From NCBI GenBank assembly GCA_049999805.1, contig JBNGIO010001516.1, positions 1 through 33,557 of the forward strand: a stretch of DNA of 33,557 nucleotides, given 5' to 3'. The translations under genes were made by a program, and so were the position numbers. Source of the DNA: Folioceros fuciformis (taxonomy: Eukaryota). The notes beneath the pieces are model-generated. The model was not told the DNA's origin, ran no database searches, and worked only from the letters and a program-made list of their open reading frames with translations. This document shows, piece after piece, positions 20,445-32,854 of the stretch; within the stretch, counting starts at the first letter, position 1, and the number at the start of each line of letters is the position of its first letter.

Positions 20445-23400
20445 TTAAGCGGACGCCACCCGAGAAGGAATGGGCTGCACGATGGGTTTGCCTGGTGCTC
20501 TCTTGAGAAATAGCAAACGCACTTCTGGTCCTAACTTTTCGTTGAGCTTAATCATAATCAAGAATAAGCATCTATACAGCAACATCTGTATAAAAATAAT
20601 ACCAAGATTTTCCCACTTGCCTCTGCTGGTAGCAACTTGAAAATAATCGCGAACAACTTCTTCCCCGCTAATCAACACCTGATTCTGCGGGTAGTCTCGA
20701 GGCCGAAACTGCAGGCCTAGAAAGTCGTTCTGGAATAATCCCTGACATCCCCCATACAGTATTCCAGTTTAGATGAAAAAGGATGGAATATGTACGACAT
20801 AATAAATGGATACGAATAACAAGTACGCACCGCTTACGTCACGCTTTGCTATGAACTACGTGAGCGTATGACGAAAAAGCAAGATGGTGGATTCGCTATG
20901 GGCCAGACGATACGAGCATGCACAGAGGTTGAGAATCCCAAGCAAACGCACCTGAAAGCCGTAGGTGTGAAACGCGATGTAGGACACGGGGTACCGCCAA
21001 ACGGGCTTGGGCAGGTCATTGGGCAAGCGGAAGAAACCACCGGTTGACATGAAGAGTCCCTACAGCCCAGCATGAGTGTTAGATATGGAAGACTTGGCAA
21101 TCCGCACAGGAAGAAAGGACGAAGGAAGCCGAACAGACCTGGATTCCAGCTCCGATGACTATGCCCATGAGGAAGTTTGGAACTACGCTTGAGATTGCCA
21201 TCATCAAGCCCTCCACTGCAGATGTGGTGGCGAAGATTATCAAGACGAAGTATAGGAAGTGGATGAAACCGGGATGCAGGCCCACCAGGAAGTACATAGA
21301 GGCTCCAGAAATGAAAGCGATGAGAAGTAGGAACGGAAGTGAAGCGAGGGTGTTGCTGATGACAAAAGCTACCACCCCGTAGTGCCCGTTCAGCCGCTCT
21401 CGAGAGAACACCTGGTAGTGTTTAGTTGGGTTGTGAGACTCTTTGAAATTGCCAAGTTTGTTAGGAGGACGCAACAGGCATGGTTACAAAGTGTACCTTC
21501 ATCTCCTCTACAAAAGAAGGGAATCCGCCGATGGCCATGAAGGTGAGGAAGCTTACGACGAAAATCAAGCACGAAGCTCTTGCCTGTACCAGCACCACCA
21601 ACAAATGGCAAGGAAGGATGTTAAGGATGAAGGCTAGGATGCACAGACTGGAGATGTGGGAGCGTGAGTTGAGAGGCTCAGCACTCACACCTGTATGGCA
21701 TCATAGCTGTGGCCGACGTTGTAGTATATGGTTCCCATGGCCAGGCACAGGGCAAGATACATTGCAAGACGTAGCCAGTAGTAACCCACGTCTCTGGACA
21801 TGTTGACGAAGGACCTTTGGGTGAGGGTGACACTCTGCATCAGGGTGCTGGCTTGGCTTCCTCGTGACTCTTGCAAGGGGCGATTCTGCACCAGGTTGAT
21901 GTGGTTTACAAAGACATGATGGACCAGAGACGACATCGCCGAACAGAAGTGGGGATGGCTGTATGTGCAGCTTGGTGTTGGGTAGGAGACGACATACCAT
22001 TTTAGAGACCTGTTCAGCGGTATCTGCAGCATTTTGAGCAAAGCTGGACGACTGGTACTTGGTCACTAGCATGTCCACTCGTGATGCGGTAGACATTGCT
22101 TTAAGCGGATCCAAATCTTCAGGGTCAGCTACGATCTGATCATCGAACCTAGCACTCGGTGTCCGGGACGCCTGCACGTGCCACAATCATGTGGTGAGAT
22201 ACTGGAAGAGCACGACAAGGTGTAAGCGCGAGAAGGTGATGGGATGGTAGATGAATTCCCACCGCCAGAAATCGGCGAGATCCTTGAACAGCAACCGAGA
22301 CTTTGTCGAAGTCCGCGTTGATAGAACGAAGAAAGTGGTCAGCTGGGTTCCGCCATGGTGGACAGGGTACACCAGCATCCACAAAATGCTGATTCAACAC
22401 GGGCCATCCGATCACCACACGCAAATGACATGCACAGGATCAAGCGCGCATGGAAATCCAGCTGGTGCCTGCTCTGCCAACCTGATTCGCCTCCGCAGCG
22501 GCACCAAAGTATACCGTCCTGCCACCAGATAGGAGAACGAGGTTGTCGAATAGCTCGAAGACTTCACTGCTGGGCTGGTGAATAGAAGTGATGACAGTTC
22601 GTCCGTCTCGAGCTAAATTCTTCAACGTAGTTGTAACAAAGAAGGCTGCAGCACTGCAACGAGCCAGCCACCCATTTCAGCGCACAATCAGCACTTAGTC
22701 TCAGACTGGAAGCAACTACAACGAGAGAAGCCAACTCCCAACATGCACAGTCCTCGCACACCTATCCAAGCCGCTGGTAGGCTCATCCAGAAACAACAAG
22801 CGAGGCTTGGTGAGCAGCTCCAAGGCAATGGTAACCCGTCTCCTCTCACCCCCGCTCACCCCTCGCATATGCCAGTTCCCAATTGGCGTGTGCAAAGCCT
22901 CCTGAAGACCCATTTCGTGGATCGCGTTGTTGATAGTCTCCATCTTCTGTGCCCTGGGCATCCTATCGGGAAGCCGGCAGAAAGCCGAGTACATGATCGT
23001 CTCAAACACAGTGAGCGTCCCCAACAAATTGTCATCCTGCGTCACATAGGCCTGCAATCGACATGGACAGCACCGGTGATCCCCCAAGATAAGAGCAACA
23101 ATCCCAGCCCCGCAACTCATTTCCTTCATGCCCACTCACCGCCACGCCGTAAGACAGCCTCTGCTTGTTCCCATTGAGCCACACGTGCCCCGTCTGGCTC
23201 ACATTCTTGGCCAGCCTCCCTGCTCACATGACAATGTGATCCACATGTAGCACATCCTGTCAAGCATTGTGAGAGCGACATCATAAAGTCCTTCCCGAAG
23301 GAACTGACAACACTGTAGCGTACCACATACTGTACCTGCCAGAGTGTCGAGAAGCGTGGATTTGCCGGAGCCCGAAGGCCCCATGATGGCAGTGATCCGC

Positions 23401-23534
23401 CCAGGCTCTGCGTAGCCAGTCACGCCATCCAGCAGATTGTGAGACCTCCCCGACGCCCATGACGCCGTCACTGTGAGATTCCTCCAGGCCAGATGAGCTC
23501 CCGGCAGGTCGTGCTCGCCTCCGACCTGCGCCAT
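20445..23534 (-). CDS. ABCG: ABCG half-size (WBC-type) ABC transporter, ABCG11/12/15-like (cuticular lipid export clade), ~11 exons
   Basis: [184 protein letters not shown]. Stop TAA at 20445-20447. The NBD precedes the TMD. Confidence 0.93.
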
Positions 23535-23907
23535 CTCATCTCATCTCATCTGGCCGACTACAGTTGAGAGCGCTCTTAACGGATTTCGTGAGGCCAGGAC
23601 ATTCGTTCCCAACGTGAGGACAGCCGGTGAGGAGAACGGGACGGTGGGCACTGAGTTGTCTTCCGTATTGCTTGTGTCAACTTGGCTCACGCCAGACACG
23701 TACTCATTGACACTCTTCAACACATGGGGCGGCGTAAAGTGGCCTGAAAGTTCCACCACACTTGCCTCTCTACTTCACCGACGACAGCCCGATTTTGGCA
23801 CCCGAAATGAGTACGCTGACGCTGTCTTGTGCCCACTGCACGCAGCCCGTGTGAATCTCGTTCAAAATATGGCTATTAATTCAAGCGAGGCCCTTTAGCC
23901 TCACACT

Positions 23908-23916
23908 TATTTATAG
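23908..23916 (-). promoter_or_regulatory. Candidate TATA box of the ABCG gene
   Basis: CTATAAATA on the - strand, ~375 bp upstream of the ATG at 23534. Motif only. Confidence 0.4.
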
Positions 23917-24084
23917 AATTTCTTTCCCGTAAAGGAGGAGTGTGTTGTAAACTGTGGGGGTGGCCTACCTTGGCAGATGGCGTTATGATGCGCGCATCTG
24001 CACGCATTAGCCAGTCACCTACCGGCCCGGATCACAAACCCCGTGAATGTTTGTCCGGAACAGCATCCCAGCCCCGAAGTCTAT

Positions 24085-24250
24085 AAGGTTATACATTACT
24101 TTAAAGCTTTATATTTAATGAATTATATATTTCTAGCTATAATATATAAATTTTATACTGTAAAATATTATAATATTTATTTGATATGTAATTATATATT
24201 TCAATATATATTAAATAAAATAATTATGCATATTTTTATTTAAATATCAT
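24085..24250. other. Very AT-rich low-complexity tract separating the gene-dense zone from the TE zone
   Basis: Almost entirely A/T, e.g. atatttaatgaattatatat...taaataaaataattatgcatatttttatttaaat. Confidence 0.7.
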
Positions 24251-24518
24251 CTATTGTAAGGCTATCCTAAGAACCCATCTACATCACCCATTCCTCTTTC
24301 CATTTGTCTGTTTCTTTGAATTGAAGTATTTTTTATTATTGAAAAAGAAATAAAAAAAAGTGTCATCTACTCTAAAGAGATAAAAAAGTCTCATCTACTC
24401 TAAAGATTAGAGGAACAACCCAAGCACAGCCAAAAGGGGTACTAGCCCCTTGGAACATTATTCTCAAACTTACATACCATTTGTCTATTTCTTACTCTTG
24501 AGGATTCTTGAGTAATAG

Positions 24519-25200
24519 CTAAAGAGGGTATGCCAAACAATCATCCCAATATGTCATAACAATGGAGGCATTAAACCTTTCAAGTACTCTACCATTCAAA
24601 TATATATATGCCAACATACCTATCCTTTCCATATCAATCTTGGCTCTGTTGTCAATCCAAATATGTTTCCAAGTAATCCAATTGCGTTCTCCATCTACTG
24701 CTATGGGTGGAGTATTCAATAGCTTGGCACCATTGTACTCCATTCCTAGTTAACCCTAGTGTGAAATGCATTTTGACATCCATAGCTAAAATATTAGGTT
24801 TAAATTGGTAGCTATGAAATTGAGGAATTACACATCTCCCATCACGAACAATGTCACCAAGTTGTTGTAGCATCTTGTCTCCTTTGTTTTGTTTAATATG
24901 AGGTATAGCTCTAATTTTGTCATAGAATTTAAGATCAACTAAACTTGTAGCTATAAAAGCATCATGCCAACCATATTGTCTCCTATCTGCCCAGAAACTA
25001 AGTAGCTCTAATAATACCTCGTGAAACAATACGCTCTAAAAATTTTGTTCACAAATATCTACTCTTCCATCCAACAATAGTAAAAAATTGATTGTAGTTG
25101 CCTCCTTCATGTGGACATCTATAGCTTTGTATTTCCAAAATGCTTCATCTAAAGTTAGTTGCTCACTCTCTAATTGATAAAGAGCATCTAAAGTAGGTTG
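24519..25200 (-). mobile_element. Degenerate hAT transposase fragment (C-terminal dimerization domain region)
   Basis: AKLLNTPPIAVDGERNWITWKHIWIDNRAKIDMERIGMLAYIYLN (ORF 24519-24743) matches the hAT dimerization pattern A.KLL..P...A..ERNWS.W..I....R..L...R...L.YIY.N. Upstream frames are broken by stops and frameshifts. Confidence 0.7.
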
Positions 25201-25634
25201 AAATAGATGGATTTCAACTTCTTAGCTTTAGAACTCGGCTTCAGCGTAGTTGTAAACTCAACGATCAACTTGGCTTCGACGATCAACTCAACAATCAACT
25301 TGGCTTTGGTAGTCAGCTCACGATCAACTTAGCTTAAGCATAGTGACCCCGCTTGAGGGGATATCTTAACTCCTTTGCCAAGTGCTTTCAAAGATTATTC
25401 TATTAAAGAAGCCCACCACTACCATTGCAAGCTTGAAGCCTATTTTGAGTGGTGTGCAACAATGCGCCCATGTTTCCAATCATTCCGTTATCTCTTCCCA
25501 TTGGACGCATTGGACACTTGCAAAAACTATCACCTTGTCTCTTCAATAATTGGGATGTTCTAAGGAGGGTGTACACATCTTGTTTCTAAAAAAAATTAAT
25601 ATTAGGTTTTCCCTTGATATTTGTATTAGATTCT

Positions 25635-28600
25635 TGTCGCATTCCCTGCGATAGAGTTCGCACCATTAGTCGCGTCCTCCGAGATAGAATGGCGAACGAG
25701 CCAAAGTGCGGGTTCTTAACTGCATTGGAGCGACAAGCGGACCAATAGGACCGTCTGGAGGCTACATCAGGTCAGCGAACCCGTTGTACCAATCAGTTGA
25801 CTCCAACGGGGAGAACGAGGGTGGTGGAAGTGAGGTGAGGAGTGAATGACAAGTGGGTGGTGAGGTATGGGAGCGCAGATTGGCAAGTTTTCGAAAGGCT
25901 CCGGTCCGGGTGCTTACCTCGGGGTACCACTTCTGTAATCGTTGTAGTGAGGCTTATCGGGTTTGTCCCTCGAACGTCATAGTCATTCCACGGCCCCTCA
26001 CGCAGGTCACGGACTTGGTCATCGGATGAGGGGGGGTTAGCACAACCTCCTGTCATAAGCTCACTCTTGGCATCTGGTAGAGGGCAAATCCCTCTTGATG
26101 ACGAAGACATGGGGACACGCCCAAGGGTGGCGAAGCGAGAGAATGGATGGAGATGGAGGGGAAAAGAAGAAACTAGATACAAACGTAGAATAATTCGAGG
26201 CCCCTATTGTGATAGCAAGTTCGTCTTTTATAGCATGGAGGGGCCCACAGCCCGAGGGACAATCATAAATACAAAACCATCTTAAGACTTGGGCAGGCTA
26301 GTCTTGCCAGACGACAGCTGGCTCATTATCAGTAAACCTTAATGACCCGATGGCGGAGTTGGCGGGGTGGGTCCGAAAGAGGAATTCACGGGAGATCTGC
26401 GTATTGGTGAGGCGGGCCCGGAGAGGATTCCGCTCCTCCAATCGTAATTGGTAGGTTGGCAGAACCAGCTTGAGGAGACCGAACTAGCCATTGGAGGTCC
26501 GGTGAGGAAGGTCTATCGGCGGGGTGGTTAGGGCTGCTAGGTGCCGTCCGTTCACCCATGGCTGTTGGTCTTGTCAGCACCGCTTTTGCTGTCATACTCA
26601 GGACCCGGAGTACCTCGCCATGGAAGGAGGCATGATAGTCATCCAACTATTGGGTGACATCAACCACCATTCTCCGAACGGTCCTGTACTCCGATTGCCA
26701 TCATGCCTTCGGGAGCTCAGCGTGATGTGTAGTGATGGTGCTGATGTGTCGATAAAGCTCTTCCAGAGCAACGGAGGTGACCATTGCCAATTCCGGAAGA
26801 CGAAGGGCAGACACAGCTTCTGTCTAAGCCCGGAGCAGGGTGACTTTGCATTGATCCTCTTGGGTCTCGAAGTTGGCCAGTTGTGCCTGCAATTCTTCGG
26901 CCTTGCTCCGGAAGCCGTTCACTCGATCTACGAGCTGCTTCCTCTCCTGCTCCTAGACTTTCCCATGCCTTTGCATGGTCTTGCGAGTTTAGGTGAGTTC
27001 GGTCTTCAGGGCGCGGACCTCCTGTTGGGCTGCTTTTTCCACCATCTGCAAGGTCCGCTGTTTGGTCCACATCTCCTTCACTTGTTGAGCGGCTTCAGCC
27101 AGCTTTTGAGCAGCCTCCTTCTCCGTTTCGAGAGCTTGGTTGCGCTCCTTCCTGTACCGATCCCGGTTCGACGTATGCTGTTCGCAAGCGGCCAAGGCGT
27201 CCAAGTCCCGTTTCCTCTATGACGGTCGTTCATCAGTATGGATGTCTTCCATCTAGGACCGCAACCTCTCTAGCTCCCCCTACGCCGCCCCGAGCTGGTT
27301 CTCCAGGTCTGTAGTTTGACTAGCAATTAGGGCCTTAAGGTCCATTAATTCCCACAAATAACCATCCCGCTCCTCTGCGTATATGGCCGACTCCTCCTGT
27401 AGCTCATTGCTAAGCCATGTTGCCTTCTCCCTTAGGGCAAACAACTGAGTGGCCAGCTCATTCATTCTCCTGCAGAAGGCGATGTTTTCGCCCTCCCGTG
27501 TCGGCACCTATCTGAAGGACCATGCAAGTCCTTCTGCTACACTAGCCACAATCCCTTGGGCTGCTTGTGTGTCTCCCTCCAAAGTTACTCCGGTGTAGAA
27601 CCGGTAGTTGGGTGGTAGCTTAGTCCTCCCGATGGACGTCCATATCGCCCTCCTCATGGGCTCTAGGTCCGTGATTTCCCATCAATCAAGTTCTCCAGGA
27701 CTATTGAACGTGGGAGAGTCCTCCACCGATACTCTTCTTCCTTTGCTGAAGTGGGAGTTGGTCGAGGAGCCGAAGGTAAGATCACTCTAGCGGGCGGTGG
27801 GCTGGGCGAGCGAGGACCTTTCCCCTTCTTTCGGCCCTGTGGTGAAGGGGGCCGCTTGACGCCGGAGGGTTCGATGCCCATGCTGCTCGTTGTAGTCTAG
27901 TTAGGCCGTTAAGCGAACCAGCTCCATGTGGTCCGTTGCTTCTCGAGTCTCGGGCACCGCATTGGTGGGTGCTACAAGAGCCAGAAAATCCTCTAGCTCC
28001 AGGCTGGTAGGTGGCAGGGCACTCCGAATCGGGATCCTCCGTCCTGCAATTGACATAGTACGGGGGTGTGTCGCGCAGCAGCCGCATAGCTGCATGCCTA
28101 CCTAGCCTGTCCATAAAGCTAAGTATCTAAGCACCAACCTGCCTTTGATATCCTTGGCCTATGGCCTGGGATCAACAACCTAGCCACAAATTGTCCTTAG
28201 CCTATGACCAAGAGCAAGGCGATAAGAATGGCTGGGTCTGCCTAAGAGAGGCAAGCCCAGGGCCGCGAACAGGTAAAATCAAGATGAAAAATTCTCTCAA
28301 CTTGGCAATGCAACAGACCACAAGAACCTCTAGAATACAAAGACAGAGCAGGGACAAAGTATGGTTGTCTATTAGAACAAGACAAACATCAACAATCGGA
28401 GAATCCATGGCTAGGTAGCCCACATATATAAGCAAAATCCTCAAGAACTCTTGATGAAGCGCCTCCTTGCACCGATGGTAGGCACTTTATAATCCTACTT
28501 CTCCTTGGCCTTTGTTTTATTACCAAATAATAACCAACTAAACAACCTACTTCGTTCTTTTCTTATTTTATTATTTTTATATTTATTGTGGAATATCTCC

Positions 28601-29768
28601 GCAACGGTTCATATGTGCCATGGCACTGCTCCTCACATGCATCCAACACACATGGTTCACATCCATCATGACACATACATCCTCTCTCTAGACATGTCAC
28701 ATGCATTCACATGACATCCTTCATCTTCATATGCACACATGCATACATGGCACAGACCCAGGCATACATGTCATGTGCAAGCCATCCATGGGCCATGTAC
28801 ATGGCATCATCAAGCACTTTAGCATCAGGGCTTATGCCTAGGATGCTCCAATCAGTATCCAGCGATAGAGTCTCAAGGGCTATGTTCTTCATACAGCAAT
28901 AGCATGACAGGTGCCTCCGCTTGCGCTAGGGTCCCTGAGTCGCATGTGCCTCTGCTTTCCGTTTCTGAGGTCAAGTAGCAAGGGAGTTAGGCACAAAGGC
29001 CATAAAGGGTGAGTCCAGCACAGGTCCGCAACTGCCTTCAGAGGGTTCCGAGATAGGTAGGGGCACCGAGGTTGTAGCTAGGGCCTTAGGCTGAGTTGTC
29101 GTGGATGTGGCCTTCTTCATAGGGGTAGGCTTGGGATTGGTGGCTGGAGGAGCGGGTGCAGGAGGAAGCCGGGCTAAAGCTACCTTTTCTGAGGTGATAA
29201 GGACTCCATAGTAGTCGCAGAAATGGAAAGGAAAGGAGACAAGCCTGAGGCGGGTAGCTTCTCATGCCTAAGTTTTCTAACATTGGATTGAATATGATAT
29301 GCCACTACCTTCCCCCAATCCACGGGGTTACCCTGTGCTAACTCATAGAGGAGTAGCATGACTCCGTCTGCAATATGGTCCGTCTTGATTACGAGTAACT
29401 AGTTGACAATGAGCCAAACTACTGCCCGGATTCTTGGGTCCAAGATATCGTGGATCAGCCACATGTTGGTGGTCTTCACGGAGTCCTCCTGCAAAAGTGC
29501 CGTTCCTGCTTCTTTGACCTTGTTTTTGTTGCACTGCGAATTGAGGTAGAGGCCACCGCGCTCCTCAACTGGCCTCCTATAGACCTCTTGCATCATTTGC
29601 ACAGTCCAGAGTGTGAGATTGTTTCGTACTCTGGCCGAAGAGGCACATAACAGCATGGTCTTGGTGAACTCGCGGAGGTGATAGGGGAATTGATGCCGCA
29701 CAAAAACTGAAAAATCCCGAGCTCGTACTACTCCATCAGGTCACCGACTACGTAATCCAGGGGTGTCA
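25635..29768 (-). mobile_element. Degenerate LTR-retrotransposon-derived segment carrying a broken accessory (non gag-pol) ORF with coiled-coil C-terminus, plus an LTR-like region at ~25635-26300
   Basis: Abrupt switch to GC/CpG-richer sequence starting tgtcgc at 25635, and a TATA-like ctataaaag on the - strand at ~26225-26233. Broken - strand ORFs: 29701-29200 (...DPRIRAVVWLIVN*...QGNPVDWGKVVAYHIQSNVRKL...SGLSPFL), Pro/Arg/Ser-rich 27881-27663, coiled-coil 27507-27280 and 27204-26989, and Pro/Ser-rich 26646-26386. This resembles the extra ORFs of plant Ty3/Gypsy elements (recognised from memory, not searched). Boundaries are approximate. Confidence 0.5.
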
Positions 29769-30914
29769 AGCATGACTGTGTGCTATCGCTTAGATGCATG
29801 CAAATAGTAATAATTTAATAATAAAGTAATGCTAATAAATAACATTGGTGGTAATTAATAACTACTTAGTGAAGATGATTAGAAAATATAATATAATATA
29901 ATGTCAATTAGATAGACACACAACTAAACGTGTGGATGTGGTTGCAACAGGTCTCAAGTAGCAAGCATAAAAGCTTGGCTCAGTGATGTTCGCTACAGTT
30001 GTAAGCTTGTATTCTCTTGCTTTCTAGAAAAAGGCTTTCTCCTGAGGAAGCATTCTCTTGTTAGAATCCGGTTGAGGTGAGCGTGTGTGCAGTGTGCAAG
30101 ATCATATAACCCAATCAAGGATTTTAGAAGCCAAGTTACAGCTTTGAGAAGTGTGGATGCAGGTGGAGGAAATTTTGTGGTGTCTGAAGGAAGCAAACAC
30201 TTCACTCTTACAGAGCTGCAACACCATCATGCAGTGTTTAATGTGTGTGTAATATGGCTTGGTATGAGTATTACTAATTAATGAACCACACATGAATGCG
30301 ATGTTTTGCGGCACAGCACGACAAGGGGCCAAATTCGGGTAAGAGCACATCTAGATTTGCTCAACATTGAGCTTCTAGGAGTTGCCGATCTCCAAGAACT
30401 GGCATGGCGACATGGTATGAGGCTCTTGCAGGTGTCGAGCGCAAAGGTGAAGGGTGGAGATAGTCACAAGACGAGGCGCGGTAGCAGACGGAAGTAGAGA
30501 TGATGTGGAAGTGAGAGCGAGCGGAGGAAAGACGGAGTAAAGAGAATGAGGTCAAAGTGAGGGGCGGGAGGGAGAGAAGGGGGATGGGGCGAATTGGCCG
30601 ACGTAGGCAAGAGTAAACACTTACGCTCTAATGCATGTATGCATGCAACCGTATGTGGTGGTTACGCCCCTGCCTTCTACATGATGGTAGAGTACTTCTT
30701 CTTGGACGGATTGTCCCGACTATTAGTCCAGCGGTTGACCCAATGGGACAGACTCTAGCATGTTGGATACTCCAAAAACTCAACTCCGCTATAAATACTA
30801 ATTTTTCTAGTCCGCTCCGATTCATTTGACTTCAAAAATTGTCTCCGGTGGACCATGGATAGGTATTTTTGGGGCTGAAAATTCTATTCATAATTTACAT
30901 CCCTCTTACATTGA

Positions 30915-30974
30915 TTACACATTTATATCTAGTTTACACTTTACTTACACTTTTATATCTGGTTTACATTTCAC
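30915..30974. repeat. 30-bp tandem duplication
   Basis: ttacacatttatatctagtttacactttac followed by ttacacttttatatctggtttacatttcac. Confidence 0.8.
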
Positions 30975-31378
30975 TTATATCCTTACAATAAAACTTGTCC
31001 TTACATGTAACTATAAAATCTCATATACCATCTTACATCAAACACTCTCTTACATGATAAGAAATTTGGTTTGATTGTAATTACAACTATAAAAAAAAAT
31101 ATAAAAGTAAACTGTAACAGAAGACCTCAACCCCTACTCTTTCGTAGAACTTCTAGAGTTCTTTCTAATAATATACTATATCTACATATTGATGGATAGA
31201 TTATTATAGGTTTTTCAAACTATGTCGTTATGATCTTTTAATTATCTTGTACCTCTTGGATTTGATGATAGCCCGTCCTTAAATGATTTAAATCTTGCAT
31301 CTACGTGATCTTGAGTGTTCAGGCTATGAGTCATCGTCAACAACATTTACAACATTTAAGAGTTGGTTGAGCATTCTA

Positions 31379-31800
31379 ACATTTGTTGCCATAATGTTCT
31401 AACTCTCTACATAAAAAACAAACTTTTTTTTTAAGACCCTGTCTGAACTTTTCTCTAAGTCTTGCACCCTCTATACGTTCCTTGATTTCTTCCATGAAAG
31501 GTTCCTCTAAAGTCGTCTTTTTGTAATTGTACTTTCATTAGTGTTCCTATAGTTTCTTTATCAACGGTACTAGAGAAAGCTCTAGTTTGGGCATATCATT
31601 CACATGTATTGCATTGAAATCTTCAAAAGGAGTTGATTGAATAAAAGCTAGTTTGGATAGCATCTACTAGACCTATGACTTTTGCCAAAGTCATTGAACC
31701 ATACAACTCAATTCTGTTAGCAGTCCAACTCTTCAAACCAACTATGAAGCAATATAACTTGTCATCTTAGTATAATGCATAACATCTTCATTAAAGGGAC
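31379..31800 (-). pseudogene. Degenerate Ty3/Gypsy gag fragment
   Basis: DDKLYCFIVGLKSWTANRIELYGSMTLAKVIGLVD (~31766-31662) is a gag capsid-like F..GL...I.L..P.TL..A pattern. A CX2CX4HX4C zinc knuckle CFLCRELEHYGNKC lies at 31420-31379. Frameshifts and stops lie between them. Confidence 0.75.
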
Positions 31801-31858
31801 TTATATATTCTTGTATAATGCTCATTAAGTAGTTATCAATTGCTTCAACACCATCATG

Positions 31859-32108
31859 CAATTACTTTGGTCCTCCACCACCTTTTAAGGGGTTGCTACT
31901 ACATATTGTTGTAAATTTGTACCATATAATTGCTGTGGTTCTTTATCCTCCTATTAGGGGTTGTCATCTTATATTGTTTCATAGATGCACCTTGTAGTTC
32001 CTATGGTCCTCTACCATCTTGCTAGGCTTGCCACCTCATATTATTACAAATATGCATGATATAATTGCTATGGTCCTCCATCCTCTTACTGGGGGTTGCA
32101 ACCCCCCT
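31859..32108. repeat. Degenerate ~68-bp tandem repeat (~3.7 copies)
   Basis: Units start near 31859, 31927, 31995 and 32062, each with aattgct(a/g)tggtcctc-like ... ggggttg-like ... atattg-like segments. Confidence 0.65.
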
Positions 32109-32854
32109 TTGTTTTTCAAGAGTAGTTTAATAATAATACTATTATGACTTCACATATATTTGGAGGGTGCCTATGAAGATCGTCCTCCACAACATCGAAC
32201 CCTTATGGAGGATGTCTTTCACAACATTCAATTTTAAGTTAAAAAAAAAACCCTCTAAAATGGCACCCTACCTAGATATTAATCTAATCGAGGAGTACTC
32301 AACCCTCGAATTTTGATGAAAGCTTATATACCAATCAAGTCTTGAAAGATTTAACCAATTTATAATCCAAAAGATATATAATAGATAGTGCAAACCTATC
32401 AAAAATCTAGTGCCCATACTTGGATGTTGCTATGATCTTAATGACCTCCCATCTATCACTAAGTTGTTTTTCTTACATAAGATATTTTAAGGAGTCCATA
32501 TTAAAGTGGAACATGAACACGATAGTCATCGTATTCAACTTAGAAATTTGTGGTTCTTTTGTGAAGAAGGTGATGGATTGTGCAGAGCAAAGGAGGTTGA
32601 AAAGTATGAAAACCTTGAAATGTAAGGTTCCACTTTTAACTTCTCACTCAAACCATGTAATTTTTTACAAAAAAATTAAAAATTATCCAAAATACGATTT
32701 CTTGTTGATAGACCCCAATTTTCACATCCTCAAAAATAAAGACAAGGAGCCATCTTCATTTCTTAGGAGACCTTGTTCTTAGTCTTGGGAGTCTTTGAGC
32801 TATTTACATCATGCTTGTTTTTCCACTTTTGCTATATCCACTAGGTCATCCTTT

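Noticed and set aside
3970-23534. NCED plus ABCG as a drought/ABA functional cluster; all four genes co-oriented
   Set aside because: The intervening genes (flagellar, DNA repair) are unrelated, the ABCG resembles the cuticle-lipid clade rather than a proven ABA transporter, and four co-oriented genes can easily occur by chance.
26068-26083. tggcatctggtagagg as a PBS after tgtca
   Set aside because: It lies 12 nt from the putative CA end and does not match a tRNA 3' end that I can verify.
29950-30830. Short ORFs on both strands between the two retroelement relics
   Set aside because: No identifiable motif. Probably TE-derived but cannot be assigned.
2838-32108. CRISPR-like arrays or RNA genes
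   Set aside because: All repeats are 2-4 copy tandem duplications without unique spacers. No tRNA or rRNA structure was recognised, and the context is eukaryotic.
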